The notes under the pieces are model-generated. The model ran no database searches, was not told where the DNA came from, and saw only the letters and a program-made list of their open reading frames with translations. Made by a program: the position numbers and the translations under genes. This document shows positions 48,264-59,283 of a DNA stretch of 64,000 nt, one piece after another. Numbering within the stretch: the stretch's first letter is position 1; the number at the start of each line of letters is the position of its first letter. This DNA comes from Candidatus Latescibacterota bacterium. GTDB lineage: Bacteria > Latescibacterota > UBA2968 > GCA-2709665. Location of the stretch: contig CAXXXF010000012.1 in assembly GCA_963667175.2 (NCBI GenBank), forward strand, positions 64,001 through 128,000, in the 5' to 3' direction.

Positions 48264-48818
48264 TCAGGCCGCTTCGGCAGCCTGGAACGGCATGCCAAAG
48301 CGCTTGAGCAACTCAAATGCCTCTTCGTCCGTCCGGGCCGTGGTTACAATGGTCACGTCCAGCCCACGGATCTGGTCGATCTGGTCATAGTTGATCTCCG
48401 GAAAGATAATCTGCTCCCGGACACCCACAGTATAATTCCCGCGGCCGTCGAAGGCATTGGGAGACAACCCTCTGAAGTCGCGCGTGCGGGGTATGGCAAA
48501 GGTGAAGAAACGATCGAGGAATTCGTACATCCGATCGCGCCGGAGCGTAACGGCGCACCCGACGGGCATGCCCTCGCGCAGTTTGAAATTCGAGACCGAC
48601 TTCTTGGCCCGACGAATGGAAGGTCGCTGTCCCGATATGGTTGACAGGTCGGCGATGGCGCTGTCGATCGCCTTCGGGTTCTGGACGGCCTCTCCCAGAC
48701 CCATGTTCATGACAACCTTCTCGAGCCTTGGCGCCTGCATCCTGTTCTTGTAGGCGAAATGCGAAACCATCGCCGGGACGATCTCATTGTTGTACATTTC
48801 TCGGAGCCGCGCAGCCAT
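48264..48818 (-). CDS. rplE: 50S ribosomal protein L5
   Basis: [26 protein letters not shown]. Confidence 0.97.
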   Translation of the reverse strand: MAARLREMYNNEIVPAMVSHFAYKNRMQAPRLEKVVMNMGLGEAVQNPKAIDSAIADLSTISGQRPSIRRAKKSVSNFKLREGMPVGCAVTLRRDRMYEFLDRFFTFAIPRTRDFRGLSPNAFDGRGNYTVGVREQIIFPEINYDQIDQIRGLDVTIVTTARTDEEAFELLKRFGMPFQAAEAA

Positions 48819-48829
48819 TCAACCCTCGC

Positions 48830-49159
48830 TTATGAACTCGCTTCGGAAATCTGTTCGCCACTCTTGATCGCGAGCCGTATCCGTTCACCGTTCTCCAGTC
48901 TCTTCCGGCGTATCCGGGTGGGCTCGTCGGATTGAGGATCGATTAACATCAGCCTGGAAATATGCACGGGCGCCTCTTTTTCGATAATGCCGCCCTGCTG
49001 GTTCTTGGGGCCGGGTCGGGTATGCCGCTTTATGAAGTTGATGCCCTCCACCAGCGCCCGCCCCTTCCTGGGAAATACCTTCAGGACGCGCCCTCTCCTC
49101 CCTGCATCCACCCCGCCGATGACCTCGACCTGATCTCCCTTGCGCACATGAACTTTCAC
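48830..49159 (-). CDS. rplX: 50S ribosomal protein L24
   Basis: [23 protein letters not shown]. Confidence 0.97.
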   Translation of the reverse strand: MKVHVRKGDQVEVIGGVDAGRRGRVLKVFPRKGRALVEGINFIKRHTRPGPKNQQGGIIEKEAPVHISRLMLIDPQSDEPTRIRRKRLENGERIRLAIKSGEQISEASS

Positions 49160-49186
49160 CGCTCGACTCCCCTCGCTGTGGAAACG

Positions 49187-49555
49187 TCAGACCACTTCGG
49201 CCGCCAGAGACACAATTCGCATGAATCGCCTGTCGCGCAGTTCCCGTGCAACCGGCCCGAAGATGCGCGTTGCCCGCGGTTCGCCCTCCGCATTGATCAA
49301 AACCGCGGCATTGTCGTCGAACCGGATATAAGAACCATCCGAGCGCCGCGCCTCCTTTCTGGTCCGAACGATAACCGCCCGCGCGACTTCTCCCTTCTTC
49401 ACGGCACTGTTGGGCTGGGCGTCCTTCACGGCGACCACGATCGTATCGCCGAGACCGGCGTATTTTCTCCGCGACCCGCCCAGCACCCGGAAGCACATCA
49501 CCTTGCGGGCGCCGCTGTTGTCGGCGCAGTTCAATACCGTCTGCTCCGTAACCAT
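49187..49555 (-). CDS. rplN: 50S ribosomal protein L14
   Basis: [25 protein letters not shown]. Confidence 0.97.
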   Translation of the reverse strand: MVTEQTVLNCADNSGARKVMCFRVLGGSRRKYAGLGDTIVVAVKDAQPNSAVKKGEVARAVIVRTRKEARRSDGSYIRFDDNAAVLINAEGEPRATRIFGPVARELRDRRFMRIVSLAAEVV

Positions 49556-49567
49556 CCCCCAATACTC

Positions 49568-49834
49568 CTATTGAACCTTTTCCAGAATCTCGGCCAGACG
49601 CCATCGTTTGGTCTTGCTGATCGGGCGGGTCTCGCAAATCAATACGGTGTCGCCTGTATTTGCCGAGTTGTTTTCATCGTGCGCGGCAAATTTCGAACGG
49701 CGCCGCACCACCTTGCCGTAAAGCGGATGGGGGGTGCGCCAGGTGACTTCCACGACGATTGTCTTGTTGGCCTGATTGCTCAGCACCCGGCCCACAAGGG
49801 TCTTGCGACGACCGCGCGCGGCGGTTTGTGCCAT
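49568..49834 (-). CDS. rpsQ: 30S ribosomal protein S17
   Basis: [21 protein letters not shown]. Confidence 0.97.
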   Translation of the reverse strand: MAQTAARGRRKTLVGRVLSNQANKTIVVEVTWRTPHPLYGKVVRRRSKFAAHDENNSANTGDTVLICETRPISKTKRWRLAEILEKVQ

Positions 49835-49837
49835 GGT

Positions 49838-50074
49838 TTAATTTCCTTCCGATCCCCGGGAGTCGCCGCCGGTTGCGGCGTTCGAATCCTCTGCGCGCTC
49901 CCGCTGTACCGTTCTGATCCGGGCGATATCCCGTCGGACGGACTTGACCTGAAGCGGATTGTCGAGCTGCTGCGTGACAAGCTGAATTCTCAAATTGGAC
50001 AACTCCTCGAGCCTGTCGACCAACAGCTCGTCAACCTCGCCCGATGTCATCTGACGAATTTCGCTGGCTTTCAT
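49838..50074 (-). CDS. rpmC: 50S ribosomal protein L29
   Basis: [16 protein letters not shown]; synteny. Confidence 0.95.
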   Translation of the reverse strand: MKASEIRQMTSGEVDELLVDRLEELSNLRIQLVTQQLDNPLQVKSVRRDIARIRTVQRERAEDSNAATGGDSRGSEGN

Positions 50075-50490
50075 TCTTCACTTTCTCCGCGTTCGATAAA
50101 CCGGGTCTTGATGGGCATCTTGTGGCCCGCCTTTCGCATGGCCTCCCGCGCGCTCTCCCGCTCGACACCGTCGATTTCGAACATTATCCGGCCCGGTTTG
50201 ACGACGGCGACCCAGTATTCCGGATTCCCTTTACCCTTGCCCATCCGGGTCTCGGCGGGTTTAATGGTAACCGGTTTGTCGGGAAACAGACGGATCCACA
50301 CCTTGCCTCCACGTCCGAGCGCGCGCGTGATGGCCACCCGCGCCGCTTCGATCTGCCGGCTGGTTATCCAGGCCGGCTCGAGCGCCTGAAGCGCAAACTC
50401 CCCGAAAGCAATCCTGCTGCCCCGGTACGCCATGCCGCGCATACGGCCGCGCTGTTGTTTTCGCCACTTGACCCTCTTAGGCATTAACAT
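50071..50490 (-). CDS. rplP: 50S ribosomal protein L16
   Basis: [23 protein letters not shown]. Confidence 0.98.
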   Translation of the reverse strand: MLMPKRVKWRKQQRGRMRGMAYRGSRIAFGEFALQALEPAWITSRQIEAARVAITRALGRGGKVWIRLFPDKPVTIKPAETRMGKGKGNPEYWVAVVKPGRIMFEIDGVERESAREAMRKAGHKMPIKTRFIERGESEE

Positions 50491-50521
50491 CGAGTCATAT
50501 CCTTACGAAACCCGGTCCGGC

Positions 50522-51178
50522 CTACTGACCCGGCCCTCCCGGAGCGCGACGATCCACGACCTCTCCGTGGCACACCCACACCTTGACCCCCACCGTGCCT
50601 GAAGTTGTAAAGGCGGTGGAGGTGGCATAGTCGATATCAGCCCTGAGCGTATGCAGCGGCACTCGGCCGGCGGGTTCCGACTTTTCGATCCGCGCCATTT
50701 CGGCGCCGCCCAGACGACCGCCGCATACAATCTTAATGCCGTCGGCGCCCATTCTCATCGCCGAAGCAATGGCCTTTTTCATTGCCCGACGGAACGAAAC
50801 TCTCTGCTCCAGCTGGCGCGCGATGTTGTCTGCGACCAGTTGCGCATTCAGTTCCGGACGCTTGATTTCCTGGATATTAATATAAATCTCTTTGCCGGTA
50901 ATATGTTTCAATTCGTCCCTGAGCTTGTCCACTTCCTGCCCTTTACGGCCGATCACGATACCCGGACGAGCGGTATGCACCGAAATGGTCACCCGTTTCG
51001 GCGCCCGTTCGATCTCGATTTGAGACACGCTCGCACGTTGGAGTCGGCTTTGGATGTAACGTCGCAGCATCAGGTCTTCCTTCAGCAACTCGGCAAAATC
51101 GTTACCGGCAAACCAGCGGGAACGCCAGTCTTTTACAATGCCCAGTCGGAATCCGGTTGGATGTGTTTTCTGGCCCAC
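50522..51178 (-). CDS. rpsC: 30S ribosomal protein S3
   Basis: [36 protein letters not shown]. Confidence 0.98.
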   Translation of the reverse strand: MGQKTHPTGFRLGIVKDWRSRWFAGNDFAELLKEDLMLRRYIQSRLQRASVSQIEIERAPKRVTISVHTARPGIVIGRKGQEVDKLRDELKHITGKEIYINIQEIKRPELNAQLVADNIARQLEQRVSFRRAMKKAIASAMRMGADGIKIVCGGRLGGAEMARIEKSEPAGRVPLHTLRADIDYATSTAFTTSGTVGVKVWVCHGEVVDRRAPGGPGQ

Positions 51179-51196
51179 GAGCGATCCTCCCGACGA

Positions 51197-51538
51197 CTAA
51201 TCGTCGTCCGATACGACGAGCGTGATATGGCTGCAGCGCTTTCGAATAAATCCCGCGGCGCCACGCGGCATGGGGCGAATACGACGCATGGCGATGGCGC
51301 CGTTCACGAACGCTTCCTGAACGTAAAGGTCTTCTTCCCGAACCGTGGACGACTCGGTGTTGGCGGCGTTGGCTACCGCCGACCGCAACGTGCGTTCTAC
51401 GATCCGCGCCGCCTTCTTGGGCGTAAACTGAAGGATATGAAACGCTTCTTCAACCCCTTTTCCACGCACAAGATCCACCACCTGACGCGCTTTTCGGGGC
51501 GAGATCCTGACGTATCTGGTGACTGCCCTGGCCGTCAT
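51197..51538 (-). CDS. rplV: 50S ribosomal protein L22
   Basis: [19 protein letters not shown]. Confidence 0.96.
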   Translation of the reverse strand: MTARAVTRYVRISPRKARQVVDLVRGKGVEEAFHILQFTPKKAARIVERTLRSAVANAANTESSTVREEDLYVQEAFVNGAIAMRRIRPMPRGAAGFIRKRCSHITLVVSDDD

Positions 51539-51645
51539 CAAATCCCTTCCTTGCCCTGACGGCCCGTTGGAATCGCCCATCCGGGCTGCAGGGGCGCGAA
51601 TTCGTACATCGACAAGCGGGCGTCGGCCTGAACCGGTTGCCGGAA

Positions 51646-51933
51646 CTACTTCAGTCCGGTCGATCGCTCGGTCAGGCTTCCCGAATGTCCGCGGAACGTC
51701 CTTGTAGGGGCGAATTCACCCAGCTTGTGGCCCACCATATTTTCCGTAATGTACACCGGGATGAACTTGTTCCCGTTGTGAACCGCGAGCGTATGACCCA
51801 CAAATTCGGGAGAAATGGTCGAACGGCGGGCCCACGTCTGAATCACGCGCTTGTTGCCCGTCTTGTTCATCCCCTCGATCTTCGTCAGAAGACCCGCGTC
51901 GACGTAGGGACCTTTCTTGAGCGACCGTGCCAT
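51646..51933 (-). CDS. rpsS: 30S ribosomal protein S19
   Basis: [20 protein letters not shown]. Confidence 0.98.
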   Translation of the reverse strand: MARSLKKGPYVDAGLLTKIEGMNKTGNKRVIQTWARRSTISPEFVGHTLAVHNGNKFIPVYITENMVGHKLGEFAPTRTFRGHSGSLTERSTGLK

Positions 51934-51954
51934 TCAATCCTCGCCTGGGGCTAT

Positions 51955-52785
51955 TTATCTCTTGTTCTGCCTTCTAACGATAAGCTTGCTGGACTGTTTC
52001 TTTCGTTTTCTCGTTTTGTATCCCTTCGTAGGCACCCCCCAGGGCGTTACCGGATGCCCGCCGCCGGACGCCCGTCCCTCCCCGCCGCCATGCGGGTGAT
52101 CGATAGGATTCATCGCCACTCCCCTCACCGACGGCCGTCTCCCCAGCCACCTGTTTCGACCCGCCTTTCCCAGAACGACGTTTTCATGCTCCTGATTCCC
52201 CACCTGACCCACCGTGGCATAGCAGGCAACCGGAACGTACCGCACCTCGCCCGAAGGCAGGCGGAGCTGCGCGAACTTGCCTTCCTTGGCCATGATCTGG
52301 ATTTCAGATCCTGCCGACCGGCCCAACTGCCCTCCCTTGCCGGGCTGCAATTCGACGTTGTGAACATGCGTTCCCTGCGGGATGTTCTCCAGAGGCAGCG
52401 CATTGCCGGGCCGCACGTCGGCGTCGGGCCCGGATACGACCCGGACGCCAACGTTCAGTCCCGCGGGCGCCAGAATATACCGCTTCTCGCCGTCGGCATA
52501 GTGGAGAAGTGCAATTCGCGCGGAGCGATTCGGATCGTATTCGATTGAATTCACCGTTGCCGGAACACCCAGTTTGTTGCGTTTGAAATCGATGACACGG
52601 TAGTGCCGGCGATGTCCTCCGCCGCGACGACGGCTCGTGATGCGGCCCATGTTGTTGCGGCCGCCGCTCTTCCTGTTCGCCTCGACCAGGGACTTTTCGG
52701 GGTCGGAACGGGTGATTTCCTCAAACGAGGAGACGGTTTTGAACCGCAGAGAGGGCGTAAACGGTCGGAACGTTTTTACAGGCAT
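51955..52785 (-). CDS. rplB: 50S ribosomal protein L2
   Basis: [26 protein letters not shown]. Confidence 0.98.
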   Translation of the reverse strand: MPVKTFRPFTPSLRFKTVSSFEEITRSDPEKSLVEANRKSGGRNNMGRITSRRRGGGHRRHYRVIDFKRNKLGVPATVNSIEYDPNRSARIALLHYADGEKRYILAPAGLNVGVRVVSGPDADVRPGNALPLENIPQGTHVHNVELQPGKGGQLGRSAGSEIQIMAKEGKFAQLRLPSGEVRYVPVACYATVGQVGNQEHENVVLGKAGRNRWLGRRPSVRGVAMNPIDHPHGGGEGRASGGGHPVTPWGVPTKGYKTRKRKKQSSKLIVRRQNKR

Positions 52786-52788
52786 CGA

Positions 52789-53082
52789 TCAGGATTCTCC
52801 GAAAAAGTCAATGGCGTCGCCAGCCGCAAGCGTAATGATCGCCTTTTTCCAGCTGGCGCGACGGCCCTGAAACCGCCCCATTCTCTTCAGCTTTCCAGAT
52901 ACGGCCGACGTATTGACGTTCAGCACCCGTACATTGAACATCGCTTCGGCTGCCCTTTTGATTTCCAGCTTGTTGGCATCGACCCGAACTTCAAATACGA
53001 ACTTGTTGTGATCCTCCTGCAGTTCGGAAGCCCGTTCGGTGATCAGCGGCCTGCGGATGATCTCTCTGACGTCTTTTTTCAT
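52789..53082 (-). CDS. rplW: 50S ribosomal protein L23
   Basis: PLITE, ANKLEIK, WKKAI. Confidence 0.97.
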   Translation of the reverse strand: MKKDVREIIRRPLITERASELQEDHNKFVFEVRVDANKLEIKRAAEAMFNVRVLNVNTSAVSGKLKRMGRFQGRRASWKKAIITLAAGDAIDFFGES

Positions 53083-53711
53083 GCCGACCCCCAGATGGCC
53101 CGCAGCCTTCCCAGGGCTTCCTGGGTGAAGACGACCGCGTCGGCGTTAACGACGTCGTACGTCGATACCTGTGCGACCGGCGCCACCCGGACGTTGGACA
53201 AATTCCGGCATGACTTCACGACATTCGGCGCCGCTTCCGGAGTGAGCAGCAGAACCTTTCGATCGTCGACTTCGATAGCCTGCGTCATCCCTGCCATCCG
53301 CTTCGTACGGGGCGCATCGAACGCAAAGTCTTCCACCACCTTGATCGCCCCGATCGGCGCCTTCAGTGAAAACGCCGACTTCAGGGCCAGACGCCGCACC
53401 TTCCTGGGCACACGCTCGCTCAACTCCCGCGGCCTGGGGCCGTGAGCGACCCCGCCACCGACGCGAATCGGGGACGACGCGGCGCCGGCTCTCGCTCGTC
53501 CGGTGCCCTTCTGCCGATACATCTTGCGCTTGCTGCGCCGGACTTCCGCACGGGTCTTGGCGTGTGCGTTGCCCTGGCGCTGATTGGTCATATACATCTT
53601 GACCGTTTGATATATGGCATTGTGGGACGGATCGATTCCGAAGATCGTCTCCGGGAGGTCGACGGATCCCACGACCTCGCCCTCGAGGTTCGTTACCTCA
53701 ACTGACGCCAT
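53079..53711 (-). CDS. rplD: 50S ribosomal protein L4
   Basis: RQG, KTRAEV, RQKGTGRAR, GGGVAHGP. Confidence 0.97.
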   Translation of the reverse strand: MASVEVTNLEGEVVGSVDLPETIFGIDPSHNAIYQTVKMYMTNQRQGNAHAKTRAEVRRSKRKMYRQKGTGRARAGAASSPIRVGGGVAHGPRPRELSERVPRKVRRLALKSAFSLKAPIGAIKVVEDFAFDAPRTKRMAGMTQAIEVDDRKVLLLTPEAAPNVVKSCRNLSNVRVAPVAQVSTYDVVNADAVVFTQEALGRLRAIWGSA

Positions 53712-53728
53712 AACACGATAGGTTCCCG

Positions 53729-54355
53729 TTAATTGCGCTGCTTCTGCACCTTTACGATCCCGCCATTGGGCCCGGGCACCGCGCCCTTGAGCAGCAACAG
53801 GTTGCGCGTTTTGTCCACCCGCACGACCTTCAGCCCTTTCACGGTCTCCCGGCGATGGCCCATATGGCCTGCCATCCGCATCCCCTTGAACACCCGCGAG
53901 GGATCTGAACTCTGTCCGATGGATCCGGGCGCCCGATGCCGGTCGGACTGCCCGTGTGTTTTCGGACCGCCCTTGAAATGGTGCCTCTTGACCCCGCCCT
54001 GAAAGCCCTTGCCTTTGGTACGTCCGGTAACCGAGACGGTTTCTCCGGGCTCGAATATGCCGGAATCGAGGATCTGGCCGACCTCGAATTCCGACGTGTC
54101 GGCTACCCGGAACTCCTTCAGGACGCGGTGTGGGCCCGCTCCGGACTCCCTGAGAATGCCCAGGTGCGGCCGGGTAAGCCGCCGCTCTGAGGTCGCGCCG
54201 AAGCCGAGCTTCAGTGCGCGGTATCCATCCGACCCGTCCTGCTTGACCTGTACAACCGGACATGGCCCCGCCTCAACCACGGTTATGGGGACCAGGTTGT
54301 CGTCCTGGTCGTAGGCCTGGGTCATCCCGATTTTCGTTCCGATCAGTCCCAACAC
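53729..54355 (-). CDS. rplC: 50S ribosomal protein L3
   Basis: KIGMTQ, KGKGFQG, HRAPGSIG, KGAVPG; GTG start assumed. Confidence 0.97.
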   Translation of the reverse strand: MLGLIGTKIGMTQAYDQDDNLVPITVVEAGPCPVVQVKQDGSDGYRALKLGFGATSERRLTRPHLGILRESGAGPHRVLKEFRVADTSEFEVGQILDSGIFEPGETVSVTGRTKGKGFQGGVKRHHFKGGPKTHGQSDRHRAPGSIGQSSDPSRVFKGMRMAGHMGHRRETVKGLKVVRVDKTRNLLLLKGAVPGPNGGIVKVQKQRN

Positions 54356-54359
54356 GTCA

Positions 54360-54668
54360 CTAGGCCTTGATTTCAATGTCGATCCCCGCCGGCAGATCCA
54401 GTTTCATCAATGCATCGACCGTCTGAGGCGTCGAGTTGTGAATGTCGATTAAGCGCTTGTGTACCCGGGTCTCGAACTGCTCCCGTGATTTCTTGTCGAT
54501 ATTCGGGCCTCGAAGGACCGTGTACAATGAACGCTTGGTGGGCAATGGAATGGGACCGGAAATCAGGGCCCCGGTCCGTTTGGCCGTTCGCACGATCTCG
54601 TCGACGGACCGATCAAGGGCGAAATGATCATAAGCCTTCAACCGAATTCGAATTTTCTGTGCTGGCAC
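54360..54668 (-). CDS. rpsJ: 30S ribosomal protein S10
   Basis: [22 protein letters not shown]. Confidence 0.98.
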   Translation of the reverse strand: MPAQKIRIRLKAYDHFALDRSVDEIVRTAKRTGALISGPIPLPTKRSLYTVLRGPNIDKKSREQFETRVHKRLIDIHNSTPQTVDALMKLDLPAGIDIEIKA

Positions 54669-54689
54669 CTGCCCCTCCGTCGGCCCTAG

Positions 54690-54882
54690 TGTTCTGTCCC
54701 GGAAATAAGTTGCCTAAATTCGGCCGTCGAGTCGCCCGTCTCGCAAGGCGCCAGAGCGCGGGCGACCTGGCCAGGTCGGCGAGCGAAGGCAACGCCGAGA
54801 GACGGGATGAATCGGCCTGCCTGCGGCGCAGTACGCTGCGCAGGCAGGCGGAAGAATGGTGAGGTATTTTTGGGACAGGACA
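54690..54882. mobile_element. ~193-bp MITE-like element (family B) between tuf and rpsJ
   Basis: Left TGTTCTGTCCCGGAAATA vs reverse complement of right end TGTCCTGTCCCAAAAATA (15/18), flanked by CTAG (54686-54689) and CTAA (54883-54886); internal nested hairpins. Confidence 0.75.
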
Positions 54883-56079
<1,197 letters not shown>

Positions 56080-56172
56080 ATGACCTTCCTCCTGTGCAAA
56101 AAACGTCCCGAAAAACTATTTGTTGGGCTCTTGTGGTTGCCCGCCGTGAACGTGGAACGGGCGTCCCGATGG

Positions 56173-58242
56173 CTAGTTGTCGGTAAGTTCCTGTGCAAGC
56201 GCCTTGGGAATTTCCTGGAACCTTGAGAATTCCATTGAATAGATCGCGCGCCCCTGGGTCAGGGAGCGCAGGCGCGTGGCGTAGCCGAACATCTCGGTCA
56301 GGGGTACCATTGCCGTGATCACCTGAGCATCCGGACGGTTCACGATGCCCACGATGTGTCCGCGCCGGGCATTCAGGTCGCCCATTACGTCACCCATATA
56401 CTCTTCGGGTACGACGACCTCAACGTCCATCAGGGGTTCCATCAGGTACGGATCCGCTTTTCGGGCGCCGTCCTTGAACGCAATGGATGCGGCCACCTTA
56501 AACGCCACTTCCGAAGAATCGACGTCGTGGGACGATCCGTCGTATAGCACGACCTTTACGTCTTCCACCGGATATCCGGCCAGAACGCCGGACTGCATGG
56601 CCTCCCGAACACCCTGCCTGACAGCAGGGATATATTCGGTCGGAACGGACCCTCCAACGACCTTGTTCTCGAATACGAGGCCGCTTCCCGGCTCGCCCGG
56701 ACCCATCTCCAGCCAGACGTGGCCCCATTGCCCCCTGCCGCCCGTCTGCCGTACGAACCGCCCCTCGACTCTTACCGTCTCGCGAATCGCCTCTTTGAAG
56801 GTCACCTGCGGCTTGCCCACGTTGGCCGCAACGCGGAATTCCCGCATCAAGCGGTCAACGATGATCTCCAGGTGCAGTTCTCCCATACCCGAAATGATCG
56901 TCTGCCCGGTGTCTTCGTCTGTGGACACGTGAAACGTGGGGTCCTCTTCGGACAGCTTTCCCAGCGACGTCCCCAGCTGATCCTGGTCGGCCTTCGTCCT
57001 GGGCTCGATGGCCACGGACACGACCGGTTTCGCGAAGTCCATCGCCTCCAGAACCACCGGATGATCGATATCGCAGAGCGTCTCCCCCGTGGCCGTCGCT
57101 TTCAATCCCACGGCGGCTGCGATATCTCCGGTAACGACCTCATCGATTTCCTCGCGCTTGTTGGCGTGCATCTGGAGTACCCGGCCGATTCGTTCCCGTT
57201 TCCCTTTGTTGGAATTCCTTACGTACGAACCGGTTTTGAGACAACCCGAATAAACCCTGAAATAGGTCAGATGCCCCACGTACGGATCGGTCTTCACTTT
57301 GAACGCGAGTGCTGAAAACGGTTCGTCATGGGAAGGCGCCCGGGTTACCTCCGCACCCGAATCCGGATCGAACCCGTCTACCGCCGGGACGTCCAGCGGC
57401 GAAGGGAGATAGTCCAGAACGCCGTCAAGCAGGCGCTGGACGCCCTTGTTCTTGAAAGCCGACCCGCAGAATACGGGCACGGCGTGAACATTGATGGCTG
57501 CCAGACGAAGCGCCTGCCTGATTTCTTCTTCGGCGATTTGCTCGCCTTCAAGGAATTTCTCCATCAGCGTATCGTCGAAATCGGAGACCGCCTCCAGCAT
57601 CTGCTCGCGATAGGTCTGCGCACGGTCCATCAGGTCGTGCGGAATTTCGCTTTCGGTAAAGACCGTGCCCAGCGTGTCTTCCTGATAGGAGACCATTTTC
57701 ATCTTCACCAGATCGATCAATCCGGTGAATAACTCGCCCGCGCCCACGGGAATCTGCACCGGCACGAAATTCGAAGCCAGCCGTTCCCTCATCATTTCAA
57801 GTACGCGGAAGAAGTCGGCGCCCGTCCTGTCCATCTTGTTGACGAATGCAATCCGGGGCACCCTGTACTTATCGGCCTGTCGCCAGACGGTTTCCGACTG
57901 CGGTTCCACGCCGCCGACGGCGCAAAAGATCCCGATAACCCCGTCCAGAACCCTGAGTGACCGCTCTACCTCGGCCGTAAAGTCCACGTGTCCGGGCGTA
58001 TCGATGATGTTGATCCGGTGTCCGTCCCAGAAACAGGTGGTGGCGGCCGACGTGATGGTGATTCCCCGCTCCCGTTCCTGGTCCATCCAGTCCATTGTAG
58101 CGGCGCCGTCGTGCACCTCACCCATACGATGCAGCCGACCGGTATAGTACAGAATACGCTCGCTCGTGGTGGTCTTACCCGCATCGATATGCGCCATGAT
58201 GCCGATGTTGCGAATCCGTTCCAGTTGTTCTCTGCGTGACAT
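56173..58242 (-). CDS. fusA: Elongation factor G
   Basis: [30 protein letters not shown]. Confidence 0.99.
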   Translation of the reverse strand: MSRREQLERIRNIGIMAHIDAGKTTTSERILYYTGRLHRMGEVHDGAATMDWMDQERERGITITSAATTCFWDGHRINIIDTPGHVDFTAEVERSLRVLDGVIGIFCAVGGVEPQSETVWRQADKYRVPRIAFVNKMDRTGADFFRVLEMMRERLASNFVPVQIPVGAGELFTGLIDLVKMKMVSYQEDTLGTVFTESEIPHDLMDRAQTYREQMLEAVSDFDDTLMEKFLEGEQIAEEEIRQALRLAAINVHAVPVFCGSAFKNKGVQRLLDGVLDYLPSPLDVPAVDGFDPDSGAEVTRAPSHDEPFSALAFKVKTDPYVGHLTYFRVYSGCLKTGSYVRNSNKGKRERIGRVLQMHANKREEIDEVVTGDIAAAVGLKATATGETLCDIDHPVVLEAMDFAKPVVSVAIEPRTKADQDQLGTSLGKLSEEDPTFHVSTDEDTGQTIISGMGELHLEIIVDRLMREFRVAANVGKPQVTFKEAIRETVRVEGRFVRQTGGRGQWGHVWLEMGPGEPGSGLVFENKVVGGSVPTEYIPAVRQGVREAMQSGVLAGYPVEDVKVVLYDGSSHDVDSSEVAFKVAASIAFKDGARKADPYLMEPLMDVEVVVPEEYMGDVMGDLNARRGHIVGIVNRPDAQVITAMVPLTEMFGYATRLRSLTQGRAIYSMEFSRFQEIPKALAQELTDN

Positions 58243-58247
58243 TTCGT

Positions 58248-58715
58248 CTACCAACGATAGTGTGCGAACGCCCTGTTTGCCTCGGCCATGCGGTGGGTTT
58301 CTTCTCTTCGCTGCATCGCCCGCCCGCGACCGCTCGCCGCGTCCATCAATTCACCCGCGAGGCGCTGTGACATGGTTTTCTCGCCGCGCCCGCGCGCGAA
58401 CGTAATCAGCCAGCCGATCGATAGAGAAAGCCGCTCATCCGACCGTACTTCGACCGGCACCTGGTAGGTCGTGCCGCCCACGCGCCGGGATTTCACCTGA
58501 ATGATCGGCTTGGCGTTTTCTACCGCCTGCTCGAAAACTTCCAGGCCCGTCTTGTCCGACCGTTCGGCGACCAGGTCCAGCGCGCGATACAATATCTTCT
58601 CGCCGATGCTTTTCTTGCCCTTTCGAAACAGGCTGTTTACGAACTGCGTCACCAGAACGCTGCCGTACTTGGGATCGGGTGAAAGCGCTCTCTTCTCGGC
58701 CCGCCTTTTTCTCAT
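58248..58715 (-). CDS. rpsG: 30S ribosomal protein S7
   Basis: [30 protein letters not shown]. Confidence 0.98.
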   Translation of the reverse strand: MRKRRAEKRALSPDPKYGSVLVTQFVNSLFRKGKKSIGEKILYRALDLVAERSDKTGLEVFEQAVENAKPIIQVKSRRVGGTTYQVPVEVRSDERLSLSIGWLITFARGRGEKTMSQRLAGELMDAASGRGRAMQRREETHRMAEANRAFAHYRW

Positions 58716-58803
58716 AACGCCCTCAAAACAAGGGGGACACACCGTTTGCTGCCAACTCCAGCGTTATCCCCCGAAACAAACCCTTACTTGAAACCCGCAA
58801 GCC

Positions 58804-59175
58804 CTATTGAGGCGTCTTGGCGCCGTATTTGGACCGACCCTGTTTCCGGTCGGAGACACCGGTCGTGTCCAGTACGCCACGGATAATATGGTAACGAACC
58901 GACGGCAGATCCCGCACCCGGCCTCCCCGGATGAGCACAACCGAGTGTTCCTGAAGGTTATGGCCTTCGCCAGGGATATAAGCTGTGACCTCCATCCCAT
59001 TCGTCAGGCGGACGCGGGCAACCTTACGCAGAGCTGAGTTCGGCTTCTTGGGGGTTGTGGTGTACACCCTCGTACAGACGCCGCGCTTCTGCGGACACGC
59101 CCGCAATGCCGGGGCGGACGACCGCTTCGCCTTCAACTTGCGCCCTTTGCGCACCAGCTGGTTGATGGTGGGCAA
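58804..59175 (-). CDS. rpsL: 30S ribosomal protein S12
   Basis: [32 protein letters not shown]. Confidence 0.98.
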   Translation of the reverse strand: MPTINQLVRKGRKLKAKRSSAPALRACPQKRGVCTRVYTTTPKKPNSALRKVARVRLTNGMEVTAYIPGEGHNLQEHSVVLIRGGRVRDLPSVRYHIIRGVLDTTGVSDRKQGRSKYGAKTPQ

Positions 59176-59254
59176 AACAACCTCCTGTATGGTTCACATC
59201 CGGGCCAACATGGTCGACGTTGCCGCTCACGGCTAAATTCGGCCACAGACTTGC

Positions 59255-59283
59255 ATTATACCAATTTAAGGCTTACTTGTCAA
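59255..59283 (-). promoter_or_regulatory. Perfect-consensus sigma70 promoter of the str operon
   Basis: TTGACA-17bp-TATAAT with extended -10 TG; the -35 overlaps the rpoC stop codon. Confidence 0.85.

Noticed and set aside
51539-51645. 107-bp rpsS-rplV spacer as another repeat insertion
   Set aside because: No terminal repeats and no match to the other elements in the window
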